Source: Verrucomicrobiota bacterium
Lineage (GTDB): Bacteria > Verrucomicrobiota > Verrucomicrobiia > Limisphaerales > AAA164-E04
Reading direction: 5' to 3'
Assembly: GCA_047947115.1 (NCBI GenBank)
Contig: CP170459.1
Span: 5,504,001 to 5,568,000, forward strand
DNA length: 64,000 nucleotides
Shown here: in pieces, positions 51,012 through 62,223 of the stretch
Numbering within the stretch: position 1 is the first letter of the stretch
How the letters are laid out: the number at the start of each line of letters is the position of its first letter
Translations under genes and position numbers: made by a program
The notes under the pieces: model-generated
Database searches by the model: none
The model's input: the letters and a program-made list of their open reading frames with translations, nothing else
What the model was told of the DNA's origin: nothing

Positions 51012-53669
51012 ATGAAACAATCCAAATTCTGGTTTCTATCGGTAATTGCAGCTGGTTCTCTGGCCATTCAGCCTGAGGTTTCAGCCCAATTGACCATATC
51101 GCCCGAAGCGGGAAAAAGCGCGGTGGTGGATGTTATCTGCCCTGATTGTGTGACGGCCGACTTGTTTCCAAGTCCCTATGTTGAACAAACGCTGCCTGGC
51201 ATCCGTGAAGCCTTGTCCTATATCGGCTTTGATCTGAAGGCAACCTTGCCTCAAGGATCCTCCATTACCAGCGCCGTTTTGGACGTCTTCGACCTCAACA
51301 CGGAAGTCGACGATCAATTTGTCAACGTTGTACTCCTGGATGTTCCATCCGATTGGGATCCCGAAACGTTGGATTTCAATCTTGCCAAGTCCACTTACGG
51401 TGCGACTTCTCAGGATTCCCCTTCCGCCACTGTGGGAGTTGATCCGGCCAAAGCATTGTGGCAGGGGCGAGTTGCCATGAATCTGGAATTCCAGCCAGGA
51501 CGAGCCACGGTTGGATCACGTGCCATTTTTGAAAGTCAGTCTCCTTCAACCGACGCCCAACTTGTCGCCGCATTGAATGCTGCATTGGCAAATGGCGACG
51601 GATACGTCACCTTTGTGCTATACGGAGAAACACTCGATGACAACAACATGGTGGGTATAGAATACGGGGACGGTGAGCCTGGCCCTACACTTACCCTTCA
51701 AATTGAAAGTGGAGCCACTTCGGGCGAAACAGTGGTGTTCGATTTTGACGGCAACGATCCGGCCGCCTGGACTTCCGTTCAATCATCGGCAAAGGAGAAT
51801 GGCCCTACGGATCTGGGCATTATCAGCACCGAGGATCCTACTGTTGGCAACTCTGTTCCTCCCACACCATTGACTGGAACCGGATTCATCGGTCCTGTTC
51901 CATTCGAGGCAGAAGACGGAACCAACACCCGTGACAATGCGCATGAAACGCTTGTCTACCGTTCACCTGAGTTCGAAATCTCTCCAAACGGAGAAATCTC
52001 ATTCGCCTTGATCGGTGGCGCCAAACCTGGTTTTGACCTGGATGCGATCAATCAGGACGGATTGCCTGCCGAATCGGATGGAAACGGTTCGATCGGTGTA
52101 GCATTGAGAAATGCTACGACTGGGGAGTACCTGACATTCAACACGCGTACAGAAAACGGTGGTCAAGCTTGGGAAACGATCATTCTCGATGAAGAGATCC
52201 TTGGTAATGTGATTGAAGTTGGCGAGTCCTACACGCTTGATTTCATCGACTACCACAGTGGTGGCTGGGGCTGGGCAGGCCTCGACAATGTCATTATCAA
52301 GCAAGGCACACCGATCACTAAATACGACTTTGACGATGAAACACTTCAAGGTTGGACCGTTGTTGCGGGCTCGAGTGTTGAAAATGGTCCGACACAATTG
52401 GGTGTGATCAGCGAGAACCACCCCACCGTGGGCAATTCGGTCCCCCCCGCACCTTTGAATGCACCCGCGTTCATAGGGCCCGTGCCTTTTGAGGCAGAAG
52501 ACGGAACCAACACGCGTGATAACGCGCACAGCACTCTTGTCGTGAGATCTCCGGAATTCAAAATTTATCAGGATGGTTTGATTTCGTTCGCACTGATCGG
52601 CGGTTCCAAACCCGGATTCAATATTGATAAAATCAACGCCAACGGCCTGCCGGAATCTTCCGACGGAAACGGCTCCATTGGCGTAGCGCTTCGCAAAGCC
52701 AGCACGGGTGAATACCTGAACTTCTATACCCGTGCCGAAAACGGCGGCCAAGCCTGGGAGACCATTATTTTGGGTGAAAACGAACTCCGTGGCATGATTG
52801 AGTTTGATGAATCATATACACTGGACTTCATCGATTACCACAGTGGAGGCTGGGGTTGGGCAGGCCTCGATGACGTCACCATTCAGGAAGGGACTCCCGT
52901 CATTCGTTACGATTTTGATGACGAAACACTGCAAGGATGGACGGTTGTTGGCGATTCGAGTGTTGAGAATGGTCCGACACGATTGGGTGTGATCAGCGAA
53001 AACGACCCGAACGTCGGCGATTCGGTTCCACCCACACCATTGAACTCACCCGCGTTTATCGGTCCTGTTCCGTTTGAAGCAGAAAATGGAAGCAATACCC
53101 GCGACGGTTCGCATAGCACCTTGGTGCTGCGTTCTCCTGAGTTCCCGCTCCATGCCGATGGTGAAATTTCTTTCGCACTCATCGGTGGCGCGAAGCCCGG
53201 ATTCGACATAGAGGCAGTCAACACCAACGGACTCCCAACCGATTCCGCCGGAGACGGCTCGATCGGTGTTGCACTCCGCAAAGCAAGCACGGGTGAATAC
53301 CTGACCTTCAACACCCGCTCCGAAAATGGCGGCCAAGCCTGGGAAACCATCATCCTCAACGGAGATGATTTCGGTGACATGATTGAGGAAGGAGAGCACT
53401 ACACTCTCGACTTCATCGACTATCACAGTGGTGGTTGGGGCTGGGCAGGAATGGATGATGTGATCATTCGCCCCGGAACACCCGCACCCGCTCAGGCTGG
53501 GGGTATTACGGGTGTCTCCATTCAGGACGGGTCCATCGTCATTGAATACTCCGGCCAATTGGAAGCATCTCAATCCGTAACAGGTGAGTGGACTCCAGTA
53601 AATGGCGCGACCAGTCCATACTCCGAGGCCATTACGGAAGATTCCAAATACTTCCGAATAGTTGAATAA
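51012..53669 (+). CDS. Secreted protein: DNRLRE-like N-domain, three 195-aa repeats, shared C-terminal domain
   Basis: YIGFDL..ITSAVLDVF; repeats with 585-nt period; each ends DYHSGGWGWAG. Confidence 0.85.
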   Translation: MKQSKFWFLSVIAAGSLAIQPEVSAQLTISPEAGKSAVVDVICPDCVTADLFPSPYVEQTLPGIREALSYIGFDLKATLPQGSSITSAVLDVFDLNTEVDDQFVNVVLLDVPSDWDPETLDFNLAKSTYGATSQDSPSATVGVDPAKALWQGRVAMNLEFQPGRATVGSRAIFESQSPSTDAQLVAALNAALANGDGYVTFVLYGETLDDNNMVGIEYGDGEPGPTLTLQIESGATSGETVVFDFDGNDPAAWTSVQSSAKENGPTDLGIISTEDPTVGNSVPPTPLTGTGFIGPVPFEAEDGTNTRDNAHETLVYRSPEFEISPNGEISFALIGGAKPGFDLDAINQDGLPAESDGNGSIGVALRNATTGEYLTFNTRTENGGQAWETIILDEEILGNVIEVGESYTLDFIDYHSGGWGWAGLDNVIIKQGTPITKYDFDDETLQGWTVVAGSSVENGPTQLGVISENHPTVGNSVPPAPLNAPAFIGPVPFEAEDGTNTRDNAHSTLVVRSPEFKIYQDGLISFALIGGSKPGFNIDKINANGLPESSDGNGSIGVALRKASTGEYLNFYTRAENGGQAWETIILGENELRGMIEFDESYTLDFIDYHSGGWGWAGLDDVTIQEGTPVIRYDFDDETLQGWTVVGDSSVENGPTRLGVISENDPNVGDSVPPTPLNSPAFIGPVPFEAENGSNTRDGSHSTLVLRSPEFPLHADGEISFALIGGAKPGFDIEAVNTNGLPTDSAGDGSIGVALRKASTGEYLTFNTRSENGGQAWETIILNGDDFGDMIEEGEHYTLDFIDYHSGGWGWAGMDDVIIRPGTPAPAQAGGITGVSIQDGSIVIEYSGQLEASQSVTGEWTPVNGATSPYSEAITEDSKYFRIVE
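51738..53483 (+). repeat. Three tandem 585-bp intragenic repeats
   Basis: FDFD/YDFD starts at 51738, 52323 and 52908. Confidence 0.92.
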
Positions 53670-53692
53670 ATCTTTTCTATATCAGTTGTCAA

Positions 53693-53737
53693 ACCGGCCT
53701 CCGATGAGGTTGTCCCCATCAGAGGCCGGTCTTTTTT
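53693..53737 (+). terminator. Rho-independent terminator
   Basis: ACCGGCCTC..GAGGCCGGT followed by CTTTTTT. Confidence 0.75.
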
Positions 53738-53779
53738 GATAGGGACACTGTTTCAGATCTTTTGAACAATCGAGTTGGA

Positions 53780-56700
53780 ATGCGATTTTCTGCAGAAACA
53801 CTTCATACCGGATTAAAAAAAGCCCTTGTCCTATTGTTGTGGATGGGCTCACTGGTTGTAGCATGCTCAGACGAGGACGCTGCCAGAGGTGAGGCGAAAA
53901 CCATTCAACCTGGCATCGCCACCGCGCCCGGTTTGAAAGAAGCCAGCGGTCGTTATGTAGCGCCGCTTGCCGATGCCATGCATCGTGTTGATCCGGAGCA
54001 AGACGGATGGGAGTCGGAGGTCTTCAGCGAAAACGCAAGTGGAAAACTCAAAAAATGGGCCAAAGCGCTGACACAACCTCCACAAACATCTTCCTACCCC
54101 AAAACGCACCTCTTCGCCAGCCCGGTGAATCTTGGATTGAAACCAAAGGATCTTGGTCTGGTATTTAAGAACGCATCGTTTGAAGTAAAACGCGCCCATC
54201 ATTTCCAAACGCTTGGGCAAGGACATCCTAACGAACTGACAGAATCGTTCATGAAAAGCCTGTTCGACGGACTCCCAAAACATGTCGAACTCAAACTATT
54301 CAAAGTGGCAATCGACACATCGAGTGTGTTCACACGTGTCTATTTCCATGCCAACGGATTTCAATCCGGCGCCCGAAACCAGGTGAATGCTGAATGGAAG
54401 GTAGAATGGACACGGAATACGCAAGAGCCATTGTTAAAGTCCATTGAAGCCATTTCGCATGAAGAAATAGTAGCCATCACGACCGGGGAAGCACCACTTT
54501 ATGAAGACTGCACCGAGGCGGTCCTTGGGCAGAATACAAGTTATCGAGAACAAATACTCCACGGAACGGATCATTGGAGGACCCGGCTTAGTCGTGACAT
54601 GGGTCTTGATGTGATCGCTCACCATGGAATGGCTTTGGGGGATTTGAACGGAGACGATCTGGAAGACCTTTACCTTTGCCAGCAGGGAGGCCTCCCAAAT
54701 CGACTCTTCCTACGAAGCGCCGACGGCACCCTGAGGGATGTGACAGAGTCGAGCCGAACCGGTTGGTTGGATTACTCCACCAGTGCCCTGCTCGTTGATT
54801 TTGACAATGATGGCTACCGAGATCTCGTGGTTTGCCTGGAAGATCAAATCGTTTTCATGAGCAACGACGGGTTAGCACGGTTTACGGTAAGGAATCAAAA
54901 GCGCACTGCGGCGCAAACGTTTTCCATGACGGCGGCGGACTATGATTTGGACGGAGACCTCGATTTGTTTGTTTGTGGCTACAACCCCTCCCACGATTTC
55001 GCACAAGCCTCAGTCATGGGAGAACCCGTTCCTTACCATGATGCAGAAAATGGTGGTCGCAATTTGTTGTTTCGAAATGAAGGGAACTGGAAGTTTAACG
55101 ATGTCACGAATGCAACCGGTTTGAATGTTCAAAACAATCGTTTCAGTTTTGCGGCGACCTGGATGGATTTTGATCGGGATGGAGACCCAGACCTGTATGT
55201 GGCCAATGACTACGGGCGAAACAATTTCTATCGAAACAACGCCGGCATCTTCACCGAAATTTCTGCTGCTTTGGGGGTGGAAGATATGTCTGCCGGAATG
55301 TCCGCAACATGGACAGATGTAAACAGGGATGGCAATTTGGATATTTATGTCAGCAACATGTTTTCCGCTGCAGGAAACCGTATTGCGTTTCATGATCAAT
55401 TCAAACCAGGAGTCGATCCATCAACACTGCAAGGATTTCGTCGTCATGCTCGCGGCAACACCTTGTACTTGGGTTCGGACAATGCTGGCCCCTTTCAGGA
55501 TGCGAGTGAAGACATGGGTGTGTTCATGGGACGTTGGGCTTGGGGATCAAGATTTGTCGACTTCGACCAGGATGGCTGGGAGGACCTGGTGGTTGCGAAC
55601 GGTTTCATCACCACCGAGGATACTGGCGATTTGTGAAGTGTCTATTGGCGGCAGGTCGTGTCGCAATCACCGGTTGAATCTACAAGCAATGATCAGGCTT
55701 CCAGCTATCGCCAGGGCTGGGCTGCTCTGAATCAAATGCTGCACGAAGGAAAATCTTTCAGCGGCCATGAACGAAACTGTGCTTTTCTGAACTTGGGAGG
55801 AAATTCCTTTGCGGATGTATCTGGTCTCATCGGGTTTAATTTTGACGAGGATGGAAGAACAGTTGTATCGAGCGATTGGGACTTCGATGGAGATCTGGAT
55901 TTGTGGACGACCGCGCGCACCGCACCTAGGTTGAGGTTCTTAAAAAACAACAGTGCCGCAGAGCAAAAAAACTTCTTGAGTGTTCGATTGGTCGGCAATG
56001 GCGTGGAGAGCAATCGTGATGCAGTCGGAGCCATCGTGGAACTCTATCTGAAGAATGAAAAAACACCGCTCATTCGCACGGTGACTGCCGGGGATGCTTT
56101 CATCTCCCAGAACTCCCAATGGCTCACCTTTCACTACAGTCCAGACCAATCGATTCGAAACCTTTTCGTTCATTGGCCGGGAGGACAAAAACAGGTGGTG
56201 GATGAACTGATCTCAAAATCGTTTTACAAGATCCAACAAGGGAAAAAGGTAGAAATGTGGCGCCCGCCTTTCAGACCCATCGATATGAAAAGCGGCTTAA
56301 GCAAAGCAAATGCGTCCTCTGAACAGGCACGAATTGTCCTCACGGGGCGGCTACCCATCGTTCCGATCCATATCCGGGATGAACATTCAGAATCCGAGTT
56401 GCCGCAACAATGGTTAAAGGGTCCCTTGCTACTGAATCTTTGGGCTCCCTGGTGCCAGCCTTGTGTCGAGGAACTTTCGTCGTGGACCCAATCGGAGGAG
56501 ATCTTGCAGAACGCAGGCCTGCGTATAGTGGCCTTGAATGCCGATGGATCGGCTATCGATTCAGCCGAAAGATTGCTCCGGCGATTGCGTTTTCCATTTC
56601 ATTCTGCCCACGCAAAGCAGCAGACTGTTCTCAATCTGGATTGGTTCCAACGTTCATTTTTGGACCATTGGGCGCCACTCCCCATTCCATCCAGTTTCCT

Positions 56701-57625
56701 GATCGACCGGCAAGGCGACGTGGCCGTTATATATAAGGGACCTGTATCTCCTGAGCAGATATTGAAGGATATGAAGCTTCTTGATTTGAACATGAGTGAG
56801 CGTCGCGATGCGGCAATCCCTTTTGCTGGCAAATGGCTCAAACCGACGAGGTTTCCCAATCCCCTCCTGGTTAACGGTCAGTTTGTGGCCCACGACGCCA
56901 TCAGTGAAGGAACCACATATCTCCGGCGCTACCTCGAATCGGTGGATGACAAAAGTGTAGCATCTCCGGAACACATTGCGAAAATTGCGCATACGATTGG
57001 AACCTTGTTGGCAAAGTCCGAGGATCCATCAGCAGCCAAGTCTTACCTTGCCAAGGCGCTGCGGTTCGCACCCGATCATACGGGCTTGCGCATTGAACTT
57101 GCAGAACTGCTGCTCAGTAGTGCTTCTATTGACCATATCCAAGAGGCGATTGCCATTTTGAAGCCTGATCCAAAAGTTCAAGTGACCGATCCTGCGTCTC
57201 GTCGATTATTGAGTCAGGCATTTTTTTTGTGGGGTGAGTCACTCAAAAGCAGTCGTCAATATCCAGAAGCAGAACAGGCCTTTCGTCAATCGATTCAACT
57301 CGATCCAACTCAGGTAAAGGCTGCAGAAAAATTGGCATGGTTATTTGTCTCTCAAAACCCGGACCAAGGCCAACGGAAATCAAACGCCCTTGCCATTGCC
57401 GAACGTCTATGCGCGATCACCCATCGTAAACATGCCGGCTATCTGGATTTGCTGGCTTTCATTCAAGCCTTACATGGCAAACTCGAACAAGCTATCCGCA
57501 CCGCGGAAGAGGCTCAAACGCTTCGAGCGGATGCGCCGGATTCCAAGGCTTTCAAGGAGGGCAAAAATCGGATGGATCATTACCACAAGCGTCTCATTCC
57601 AGATCTGCGATCCGAATCGGATTAA
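53780..57625 (+). CDS. FG-GAP / ASPIC-UnbV / TlpA-like redoxin / TPR protein read through an in-frame TGA (55634-55636); candidate selenoprotein
   Basis: Both ORFs share a frame; DxDxDGxxDL repeats occur on both sides of the TGA; NRDAVGA (UnbV), LWAPWCQPC, TPR-like helices; possible lipobox VVA-C. Confidence 0.8.
55638..55670 (+). promoter_or_regulatory. Putative bacterial SECIS hairpin
   Basis: GTG(tct)ATT(g)GCGGCA-GGTCG-TGTCGC-AAT-CAC; G-led loop with 17 nt between the UGA and the loop. Confidence 0.62.
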
Positions 57626-58111
57626 GTAACCACACAATCAGAATCCAATTCGATATGATCCAACCTAATGTTCTTGGATCCAGCTGATTTTCAGGAGTTT
57701 TTTCTGAAAAATAATAAAGAGTTTCGTGAATTTGCCGGTTAACTGCAAAGCCAGAGACGGAATGTATCCACCAAAGTGCATGGACTTTGTGAAAAAGGAT
57801 CGGAAATCGAAAATCGTTCAAATTAAAAAGGGATACAATTTTTGAATATTACAACGGTGATTTCTTTGATCGAAAAATAAAGAATAACGGACTGTTGGCA
57901 TGATTGTAACGACTTTACGGCAATTCGTGAGCAGCATCATGTCGATTCTGTTGGGCTAAGGTTAAAACTTGCTCCAATCCGACTTTGTCCTTCTTTTCAT
58001 AATTAAATATCCCCTAATTGTTGGGATGTCATATCCAATCCATGCATTTTGTCTGGCATGCTGGGTTCATAGAGTTAAACACACTACTAACCATAATAAC
58101 GAACACGAAAC

Positions 58112-61057
58112 ATGATCGCAAAGATATCACGCTTCGCCATGGCATTGCCCATCGCGTCAATAGCGCTCTTGGCAAACTTGAATGCACAGGTCCTCTTTCA
58201 AGAGGATTTTGAATCACTGCCCCTGGGCACGAATGTTGAAGAAGGCTTCGGCTTGGAAGTCTTCCAGGAAATTCCACCCAAAGGTTGGGACATCGTCAAT
58301 GAAGGCGTTCTTGCAGTCACCGAAGACGCCGATGGAAACCCCGTTTCCCGCATGGACAATGGTGTCTATGAATGGGTGGGTTGGAGTTTCGCTGACAAAC
58401 AATGGTGGGTCAATGTGGCCGGTGACCAACGTCGCTCCGAATTCGTCAATGGACAAGGCACCGTCATGATTGCTGATCCGGATGAATGGGACGATCAATC
58501 ACACCCAGATTCGGCCTCCAACGGATGGTATCGCACATTTATCACCACCCCAAGCATCGACCTTTCCGGTCAGGACGCAAACAGCACGGTCCTAGTTTTT
58601 GATTCCAGCTGGCGTGATGAATTCGATGGCAACTATCATCAAACCGTCAATATCACCGCCAGTTATGACGGTGGAGCCGCATCTGAAATTCTTCTCTGGG
58701 AATCCGACCCTGACAGCGACAACTTCAAGGATGACACACCGAACGAAACTGTCATTCTGGGACTCAACAATCCCGGAGGAGCTTCCAATCTGAAACTTAC
58801 CTTTGGTATGTTCGAGGCTGGTAACGACTGGTGGTGGGCAGTGGACAACATCAAAGTTGCCGTACCCCCAGTAGCGACCGGTGTTTCCGCGACAGCTTCC
58901 AGCTTCGACCTTTTACTTCTCGAAGGTCTTGGCAAGACGATTGACGAAAGTACTCTAACCATCCAAGTGGACGGCGCAGACGTAACCGGTTCGACCGTTC
59001 GTAATGATCTGAGTGGTGATTTCACTCAGCTTGTCTTCAGTTACGCGCATGATTCCCTCTGGGTTTCAGAATCCTTGCACACGATTAACTACTCCTTCAC
59101 GACTGGTGACGGAGTCCAAATCAGCAGCACCATCGATTTCACCGTGCCTCGCTTTGTGACCATTCCCGCAGGGCTAAAATTGGCGGATGTGGACACCAGC
59201 AACGAAGGATTCATCATGCGTGTCATTCAGGCTGACCAAGGCTTGGCCACCAGTATCGCTGTTCGTGAAGATCATTTGGCTGGCAGACTTCTGGACGCCA
59301 ACGGAGATCCTCTTGAAAATTATGCATTCACCCCGGACACACTCTATCCTCAGGTTGACGGAGAAGAATCTACCTGGTTTGTTCCTCTGATCAATTTGGA
59401 ACAAGATGGAAATGATCAAGGTGAATTCAATGGGGGTGCGACAGCTCCTATGGATGTGTTGGACAACATTATTCCAGGAATCCCTGGTGACGCCACTGCC
59501 GACACAGACAACATCACCGCTGAGATCTTCACTGTTGTTCGCATCCCTGAACCAGGAATGTACACCTTCGGATTCAACAGTGATGACGGTTTCCAAGTGA
59601 CAGCCGGCAACTTGCTCGATATCGAAGAACGTTTGGTTCTGGGTGAATTCGACGGAAGTCGTGGTTCTTCAACCACATCTTTTCCAGTTGCTTTTGAAGA
59701 AGCTGGCGATTATCAGATGCGCGCACTTTGGTTCGAAGGAACAGGTGGAGCCAACCTGGAATGGTTCACCATCACTCCGAACAAAGCCCTGTTGAATGAC
59801 ACAGACAATGGCGGATTGAAGACCTTTGCCTTCCGCTCCGGAAATCCTCTGGCTTTAACTTCTGTTTCCCCAGCCAATGGCACAGGTGGAGCGCCTTTGG
59901 CTCCAACCGTATCTTTCACCTTGGTGGACGGTTCCACAACTTTGGACGCAGCATCCATCGCGATGACCTTCGGCGGCGCCGATGTGACTCCTGAAGTGAA
60001 TACCACCGATGGCACACACGTCATCACCTACACATCCAGTAAGACTTACGGAAATGCCGAAGAGGTCAATGCTACTCTGACTTTCAGCGATTCCACCGGT
60101 CGATCCCGCACGGCCAGTACAACCTTCCGCACCTTGCGTGATGATTTGTTGGCTTATTGGGACTTCAACGATGATTCAGACGCTTCCAGCTCGGAAGACT
60201 TGAATCCCAACATTGATCTGCCTGCTTCATTGGTAGGTAACGCTGCATTCAGTGCTGATGCCGCTGGTGTTTCCGGGGCAGCTGGTGACCGTTCCATGTC
60301 CTTTGGTGACCCTCAGGACGGATCCAGCCTCTTGGTCCAAAGCGATTTCTTCAATGAAGCCGCTTACCAGGACACCGTCACGATTGCCTTGTGGCAGAAA
60401 TGGAATACCGATGTCACCGACAGTTCTGCCTTCTGGGTTGTATCGCCTACCACAGGTGGCAGCGCCCGCAGTGCTCAAGCCCATATTCCATGGAGCAATG
60501 GAAACGTCTATTTCGATACTTCCGGTTGCTGTGATGCTGCTACACAGCGTCTGAACCAGGCCATTACCGATTTCGATCCAAACTTTGATTGGACCGAATG
60601 GCATCACTTCACTTTCGTGAAAAACAAGGAAGTGAAGCAGATCTATGTTGATGGTCAGCCTTGGTTGGAAACCATCAATACCGGCGCCTTGCCAACCGAC
60701 AACGTTCAGCTCTGGATCGGGGCAGCCCCTCAGAGTGGCAATAGCATTGGTGGTTGGATCGATAACTTTGCCGTTTTCTCCAGCGCATTGACCGCGGATG
60801 AGATCTCTCAGTTGTTCGCTGGTGCGGCACCCCAAGACATCAAACCATGGGCAGAGTTCGCCGCATCATCTCCAGCCCCAACCTCAGGCATCAGTGGTAT
60901 TGCTGTTGTTGACGGTGGAGTTACCATCTCCTTCGAAGGTGTGCTTAAAAGCTCAACAACCGTCAACGGCTCCTACGCTCCCGTTGCGGGCGCCAGAGCT
61001 CCGTCCTATACAGTGAATCCGGACGTTGCCGAAACCATGTTCTTTATCGCTGAATAA
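58112..61057 (+). CDS. Secreted PA14-like / LamG (ConA-like) domain protein with shared C-terminal domain
   Basis: FGFNSDDGF..WFEGTGGANLEW (PA14-like); LAYWDFND..WHHFTFV..IYVDG..GWIDNFAVFSSALT (LamG). Confidence 0.85.
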   Translation: MIAKISRFAMALPIASIALLANLNAQVLFQEDFESLPLGTNVEEGFGLEVFQEIPPKGWDIVNEGVLAVTEDADGNPVSRMDNGVYEWVGWSFADKQWWVNVAGDQRRSEFVNGQGTVMIADPDEWDDQSHPDSASNGWYRTFITTPSIDLSGQDANSTVLVFDSSWRDEFDGNYHQTVNITASYDGGAASEILLWESDPDSDNFKDDTPNETVILGLNNPGGASNLKLTFGMFEAGNDWWWAVDNIKVAVPPVATGVSATASSFDLLLLEGLGKTIDESTLTIQVDGADVTGSTVRNDLSGDFTQLVFSYAHDSLWVSESLHTINYSFTTGDGVQISSTIDFTVPRFVTIPAGLKLADVDTSNEGFIMRVIQADQGLATSIAVREDHLAGRLLDANGDPLENYAFTPDTLYPQVDGEESTWFVPLINLEQDGNDQGEFNGGATAPMDVLDNIIPGIPGDATADTDNITAEIFTVVRIPEPGMYTFGFNSDDGFQVTAGNLLDIEERLVLGEFDGSRGSSTTSFPVAFEEAGDYQMRALWFEGTGGANLEWFTITPNKALLNDTDNGGLKTFAFRSGNPLALTSVSPANGTGGAPLAPTVSFTLVDGSTTLDAASIAMTFGGADVTPEVNTTDGTHVITYTSSKTYGNAEEVNATLTFSDSTGRSRTASTTFRTLRDDLLAYWDFNDDSDASSSEDLNPNIDLPASLVGNAAFSADAAGVSGAAGDRSMSFGDPQDGSSLLVQSDFFNEAAYQDTVTIALWQKWNTDVTDSSAFWVVSPTTGGSARSAQAHIPWSNGNVYFDTSGCCDAATQRLNQAITDFDPNFDWTEWHHFTFVKNKEVKQIYVDGQPWLETINTGALPTDNVQLWIGAAPQSGNSIGGWIDNFAVFSSALTADEISQLFAGAAPQDIKPWAEFAASSPAPTSGISGIAVVDGGVTISFEGVLKSSTTVNGSYAPVAGARAPSYTVNPDVAETMFFIAE

Positions 61058-61087
61058 TCGCTGTCATTCAGCATCGAATCTATCTCA

Positions 61088-61118
61088 AGGCGCAGCTAAG
61101 GCTGCGCCTCTTTTGTTT
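61088..61118 (+). terminator. Rho-independent terminator
   Basis: AGGCGCAGC-TAAG-GCTGCGCCT followed by CTTTTGTTT. Confidence 0.8.
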
Positions 61119-61159
61119 GTTCGGCGAAGTTGGTAAACTCTGCCGATTAATGACAGTTT

Positions 61160-61276
61160 TATAACGTCTGCCAAAAGTAAATTCAGAAAAAACTCTGCTT
61201 CACTGCGTCCAGCGTAGCGGACTTGAGAATAAGAAGCATCAGCGAGCCCTTGTGCGCAAATACTTTTGGAATCAGT
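61160..61276. repeat. Dispersed structured element, copy 2
   Basis: Aligns with 12218-12336 over its whole length. Confidence 0.85.
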
Positions 61277-61680
61277 TTCCCTGCGCTTCATTTACAAAGA
61301 TCGCGTACAGGTTCGGATTCGCTCAAGAAATTCTACCGTAAAACAGCTACTCCGCACTGATGGATGCCATTCACAGGGGCTAGACACACGACGTAACCGA
61401 CGGCCCAAATGACCTGTGACTCACATCTTGTCGTTTACACCATCATGAACTGATGGAAGGCTGGTGTTAATGGAGGAATCCCACAAAGACCGGGTTGTGT
61501 TCGAGAACCATTGTCAAACACTCCGGCAGGTAGTTGGGTTTCCTCATCATAAAAGAACCAACGCATAAGTTTGGATTGGAAACAGGCCTCCTATTGCCCC
61601 ACCCTGCAAGGCCTGGTTGTCTTAGTCCCGGACTTTTTCGCCCGGTATGGACTTGAGAGGTTTTCATCGTGTCTGTGGAG

Positions 61681-62199
61681 TTAATGTGAGAGCCGATTGG
61701 CGGAGAAAAGGACGCCCAAAAAAAGTGTAAAGGCTCCAATGGGTAACAGAAAAATACCCAGCCCAGGATCGCCTCCATAAGTGATCGCTCCCCCCAGGAA
61801 GAAGCCTACCGGTATTAAAATACCCGCTGCGATAAAACATCTGGAGATTGTTTGAAGTTTCTGGTGCGATGTGGCTGGCAAATGCGGGGTGGTGACCGCA
61901 AAAGCGATATGTACCAATGCCAGCAGGGTGCCATGGGCATGAGACAAAGTCCACATCAGGCGCCTTGTAGTGTTGGAGACATCGAGATAGGCCCCGACTT
62001 TGAATCCGTGCAGGATTTCAATTACGAAACCCATTGTAAGAAACACCAGAAGACTCCACCACCCCCATTTCAGATGTTTGTGAAGGAAGGGTGAGGAAGG
62101 AAGCTTCGTTGCCTGAGGTGGCGAAGGCGGGTCTGGGGCCGGGTGCCCCCCTTTGGCTTTGGGATTGGATTTCATGGATTTTAGATGATCAACTTGCAT
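61681..62199 (-). CDS. Multi-TM hypothetical membrane protein
   Basis: Four hydrophobic segments; LHGFK..RRLMWTLSHAHGTLL. Confidence 0.7.
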   Translation of the reverse strand: MQVDHLKSMKSNPKAKGGHPAPDPPSPPQATKLPSSPFLHKHLKWGWWSLLVFLTMGFVIEILHGFKVGAYLDVSNTTRRLMWTLSHAHGTLLALVHIAFAVTTPHLPATSHQKLQTISRCFIAAGILIPVGFFLGGAITYGGDPGLGIFLLPIGAFTLFLGVLFSANRLSH

Positions 62200-62223
62200 T
62201 CAGTGCACGGCGACAATTGTCTT

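Noticed and set aside
55634..55636. Genome-wide UGA recoding (Trp/Gly)
   Set aside because: Conserved genes here, such as fumC, pyrB, rnpA and jag, end normally at TGA.
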